64,000 nt of DNA. It comes from the human T2T-CHM13v2.0 reference genome, Homo sapiens. A program made the position numbers and the translations under genes. The stretch lies in assembly GCF_009914755.1 (NCBI RefSeq), contig NC_060947.1. One strand, given 5' to 3'. The notes under the pieces were generated by a model. It had not been told where the DNA came from and searched no databases. It saw only the letters and a program-made list of their open reading frames with translations. Positions 58,715 through 64,000 of the stretch are shown here, in pieces; position 1 is the first letter of the stretch, and each line of letters starts with the position of its first letter.

Positions 58715-61700
58715 TCTCAATAAATTTAAGTATCTTATCATGTTTTTTCTATTTCAAACGGATTTACCCTACAGGATTATAATCTCTAATTAATTTGTTT
58801 CTATAAAAACTATTGAGATCTATATGGTAATTTTCTATCCTATTTATTGAATTGAATTGTTTTCTTGTTTGAGTAGCCTTTATCATTGATTCTCTTAGGT
58901 TTTCCAGATAAACAATCATATTTGCTAATAGAAGTAGTTTCAATTCTTTCTGAGATCTTACAGCTCTAATTGATGTTTCTAATTGCATTAGTTAATACCT
59001 CCAGGAAAATGATGAATAGATGTGAAACAAATTATATCCTTATCTGTGTCCTGATCTCTTAATGTCTTAATGTGAAATGATCTCTTAATGTCTTAATGTG
59101 AAATGCATTTAGTGTTTCATCATTAAGAAAGACGATGAGTTTTAGTATGAAGGGTGTGTGGGTACGTGTAATATACAATATTAATAAGTGATGTCTACCT
59201 GTATTATTCTTTTTGATACTGTCTTGCCCAGTTTAAGTATCAATGCTTTAGTTGCTTTCATAAAAACAACTATGACATTTCCCATAATTTTCAACGCTTT
59301 GGAATAGTTAATGAAGCATTGGGACTATCTAGTTTTTGAATATAGGGAGAATTCCCCTTTAAAACCGTCTTGGCTTGGAGATTTTTAATGGGATAGTTAT
59401 AAATTTATATTTTATTCTTTCTATGAAACTTAGTCTGTTTAAATTTTCCATCTCTAATGGAGTCAATGTTGACACACAGTATTTTCCTAAACAATTATAC
59501 ATTTCATTTGGGTTTCAATTTTATATGCATAGAGTATCAGAAAGAAATATTTATGATTTTTAAAAAAGTACTCTCATTTTAACTGTTATTATCCATTATA
59601 GCTTAGATTGTATATTTGTAATTTCTCTGGTTGTTAATACAGTGAAGTTAGCTAGTGTGTTGCCTACTTTATTTTTTCTAAAAATCTATGATTTTAATTA
59701 ACTAATACATCTAGCATTTATAGATCTAGTATTTATCTCTCTTCTAACTCATTACTTTCTCCTTTTTTCTTTATTATTTTCTTTCTTGTGCTTTCTTTTG
59801 GTTTATTTGATTGCTTTTTTTAGCTTTTTGAGATGGGAGGTCAATTAATTTATTTTCATTCCTTCATTTTTATTGATGAAAATGTATAAGACTAGATATT
59901 TTTTCTTTGATCATCATTTTAAATGTATGCCATAGATTCTCATACACAGTGTTTTCATTATTCTTTGTTTAGAAATCCTATCATTTTTGTTTGTACTTCC
60001 CACTTTACCTGCGAGTTTTAAAACAGACTTTTCTTAAAATTCCAGTCGGAAGGCCTTGTGTGCTTTCTTAGTTTATTTATAATTTTTTGTTTCATTACAT
60101 TGTGATCGGGTAATGTTGTTTGTAAAATTTCCACTTTGAAGATTAAACAAAGCCCAAACAGTCAAAAAGTTAAAGATTTTTAAGTTTATATATGTGTATA
60201 TGCAGGGTATAAAGAATAAAAAATGATTATTATTGTATTCCTTACAATTAACATGAAGAACTTCTGTTCATCAAAAGATACTATTAAGAGAGTGAAAATA
60301 CAAGCCACAGGATGGGATATATTATGTGATACATATCTCCAAAATTTTTTTTTACTAAGGATGTGTAAAGAACACCAAAAATCAACATAAAGAAGACAAA
60401 CAAATTAACAGAAAAAATGGCAAAAGTGTAGAACAGGCACTGCACAAAATATTCCAAATCACTAAAAAATATGTGACAGCATGGTTTACATCATTAGGCA
60501 TCAGGAAATTAAACCTATACATTGCCACTGTGTGTCAACTTGAGTGGCTAAAAGGGAAAAAAATGCCAAATTTTAGTGAATGTGGAGAAACAAACTGTGA
60601 TACACAGCTGATTGGAGTGTAAATTTATATGGCCATTTTGAGACTTACATGCCACTTTGGTAGCATATAAGAAAGCTGGATGTATGCAATGTCCTATGAT
60701 CTAGTAGTTCCACATACAGGTAAATACTTAGGGAAATCCACACACGAGTATAATTATCACCAAAAAATATGTGCAAGATTGTTCATACAGCACAATATAT
60801 AATATTGCAGACACAATGAGTAGAATTAATAAATGAATTTTCCTACATTCATATGATGAAATACGTTGTAGCAATACAATGACTGAAAAACTACCATATC
60901 CAAGAGCATAAATAAAACATGGGAAAATTATGTTGAGCTAAAGGAGCTAAACACAAAAGACTGCATATCATATGATTCTACTTACATAAATTTAAAATCA
61001 GACAAAAAAAGGCCATTGGAGGTAAGGATAGTAGTTACTTTTGTGGGAGAGGGATCAAGATAACTGAGAACTGTGAAGGGAAACAAAGGGGACTTGTAGG
61101 GAATTATGCATTATACTAACTTTTAATTTGAGTGGTCATTACATAGGTATGTTCACTGTGCAATTTCATAGAGCAATATACTTATAATTTCTATACTTTT
61201 ACATATGTCATACTGTAATGACTAAATGTATGTGAAAAATTAGAAGGCAGAGGACAGTGTGGCAGAAAGTACAAGGAGCTTATCCTCCTGAAATTTCATC
61301 TTCCAAAGCAAGGAATTTCCTGTTTTTTTGCATAAATTCTTAAAGGTCATTAAAAATAATTGTGGTTCCAAACTGGTGTTGTTTTTGAAATTCTTTTAGC
61401 TTAACCCTGAAGGAAACTTTCAGGAATGAATATCTTTTCAGTTAGAGAAATTATTAACTAAAGATTCACCTCTTTCTTGTTCTCCTTCCCTTTATTTTAT
61501 CGTAGTCTAGTAAAATAAAATCTAGTACTTTAAAAACTTGAATAGCACATATAGTATAAGCTCATCATTGTAAAATTTATTTCTGTAAAATTATCTCTCT
61601 TTCTGGCTATCTACTAGTCTATCCATTTATTTCATAGTGAATAAAAAGATATTTGTAATGATTTTGACCCAGTGTCCGAACTAGCTAATTCTGGAGGTTG

Positions 61701-63409
61701 CAATTTGATTTAATTTAATTTATCTGCCTTCATATTTTCTTGCAGTACTTGATGTTTTTTGCTACAAGCTCTTAAAACAATTCCAGTGCTTGATTTTTAA
61801 AACAATAAAAATGTTCTAATAAATTTATGAAGTTATTGTTCTGTTTTTAAATTTATGTATAACTCACCCTGTTATATATTGTAAGTGTAACAATATATTG
61901 TCAATCAAAGCATGTAGCTTATTAACACTATGATTAAAAACCTTAAAATCTTGGGCATGTATATGCAAGATTTTGTTCCTTTTTAATTTTCTATTGAAAA
62001 TTTCCTTTTGTGAATTTACCTTTGGTTTTGTCAACTGACCCACATTTTAAGTTTTCAGATTTGATATATTTGAGATTTTAATAGCAAAATCAATTTTTTA
62101 CACACATCCTACTTTCTCTATGTTCAGACCAGTTTCTATCTATAGTTCCAGGTCACTGGAGGTAGGGGCAGGTTTCTCTTTTCAGTATTCCTAATCTTAC
62201 AGAAAACAGCTTTTCTCCCAAGCCCTTTTGTCACTCCTCCCTTGGACAAGGGAAGACTGATGTGATGGGTCAGAATCAGGAGCACTATCAGCAGTACCAC
62301 CTTCCAATGTGACACCCATGCGTGTAGGACATGGCCATGCTCTTCCCTCTCACAATACCAAAGTGATAAGCTGAGCCAGTGCCTACTATGAAGGCTGGGC
62401 TCTGCCACATTACTCCCTATTCCTTTCTTCTTACTGGAGATTTGGGACTCTGTTTTCCACACACTAGGGGTCAACTGGTTATAAGATGCAGAGTTAGAGA
62501 GTTGGAGAGACCCTGCTTCCTTCTTGAGTCTGGGCCTGTGCTTCAACCCAGCTTGGCCTGAGATCTCTGCATTGAGGGTCATGGGAATTGGCCCCGTGAA
62601 TTATATTCAGGGTCCTTGTGTGCGTGTCTCCTTCAGAGAAAACCCTGGGAAGAGACAGAGCAGCAGTGTAGGGTAAAAGTGGGGCATTTTTGTGTCCTCT
62701 GGACAAATACTAGCCCCACACTGTCAGATTCTCACCAGTATATACATTTGGATGTCTCTCACTCCATTATAGATGGTATAGATGGTGACCCGAATGTCAC
62801 AACTCACATTGAAGCATCACATGAAACCATTCCCTAATCATGCTACCATCTAGAGGTCAGTACTTGGTGTTTTCAGGCATGGTTGGTGGATTCCATGCAT
62901 GAAGGGATAAGGTAAATATCTGTTGATGTGAAGATGGTCAAGGCCTCCTGAATTCCAGTGGTTCCCCCACCCTTGTCTCTTTCCTCAGGGGCTCATGCAT
63001 CAACCTCAGATAACAGGAAGCCAGTATTCTGGTTTTTAAATTGATCTCACAAAAACAGGTTGTCTTCATTTGGGCCTCATTTAAGCCCTCAGAACTTTGA
63101 ACTTGACATTTATATGATCCAAATTGCAAATACATCCCATGGCTGACTCACTCACTGGCTTCTGTTCGAATTGGCCACTTACGGTCCTCTTCAGTAATTA
63201 CTTCCCCATATCTAAATAATCATCATCTTTCCTTGCATACAATGTTATTTTATGTACTTCATTCACATTTTACAATTGTCTTCACATAGAAAACATATAT
63301 CACTCACTTTTAAGACATGCCTTCCAGCTATCACTAAGTCTTGTATTTCAAATTTTCTCCTTACTTAGAGGTAGCCCAGATGTCCTGCATTATCACTACC
63401 ACTTACCAA

Positions 63410-63487
63410 TATAGATAGATGATTAATTGATAGATAGATAGAGATAGGTATGTAAGTAGGTAGATAGATAGATTAGATAAATAGATA
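63410..63487. repeat. Degenerate (GATA)n tetranucleotide repeat
   Basis: Seen directly. Confidence 0.85.
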
Positions 63488-64000
63488 ATTTTTTCCTTGT
63501 CACAAAATCTCATGCAGGTCAATGTCAACTGTGAATAGAGTCAAAATAGGATGAGATAAGCTTCTCTTTGGTGATCAGTTTCCAAATATGCTTCCACATG
63601 AACAGGTGGTGTCTTCTCTACAGTCTCTATAATCCATCCTAAGCTGCCTGTTCTATAACAGTTTGTTCACTACTGGAAAATCAGTTCTCTGTTCCCATAG
63701 GCTCTGTTCATGCCCACATTCATCTGCCATCCCAAAATAAAATCACTACTGAGATCACACTCATATCACATGGTGCCATCACTCAAATTGAACCCTAGAG
63801 AAATGGTAATGCACTAAGTATTCCCTAAAACATGCTCAGAAAATGAGAATGAAAGACCTCACGACAAACTTAAGATAGATGTGGTAAAATGGTTTCTGGA
63901 TGGGATGCATTTTTCTATTTAAGTTCATCTGAGCACTACAAGAAAGACTTGGCTAAAAGACTCAGTATCGGACTGTGTTAACAATACTGACTCACGGTGA

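Larger units (their letters stand above)
57089..62080. mobile_element. Patchwork of very old L1 fragments on both strands
   Basis: AT-rich with degenerate L1 motifs; boundaries not resolvable by eye. Confidence 0.55.

Overview
Primate, most likely human, X-chromosome genomic DNA; not prokaryotic. The first ~4 kb holds the last seven coding exons of a MAGE-D gene on + (protein ends ...AGASFFSWIQHR). This is MAGED4; its near-identical paralogue MAGED4B cannot be excluded from sequence alone. An intronic H/ACA snoRNA of the SNORA11/U107 family and an ATTAAA poly(A) signal are present. The remaining ~60 kb is mostly repeats. These include several multi-layer nests of L1, LTR and Alu elements with readable target-site duplications (TSDs), and a full-length but inactivated L1PA2/3 with an intact antisense ORF0. 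Non-repeat items worth attention: (1) an ancient ~2.3 kb direct duplication (12.8-15.5 kb and 23.2-25.9 kb) in which both copies keep a perfect RFX X-box; (2) a splice-compatible two-exon 123-aa ORF overlapping copy 1; (3) a poly(A)-tailed, TSD-flanked retrocopy of an unidentified 3' UTR; (4) a steep fall in CpG density in old L1 sequence with distance from MAGED4. Repeat subfamily names and the boundaries of old repeats are by-eye estimates. I see no firm evidence of a new biological system, only testable leads.
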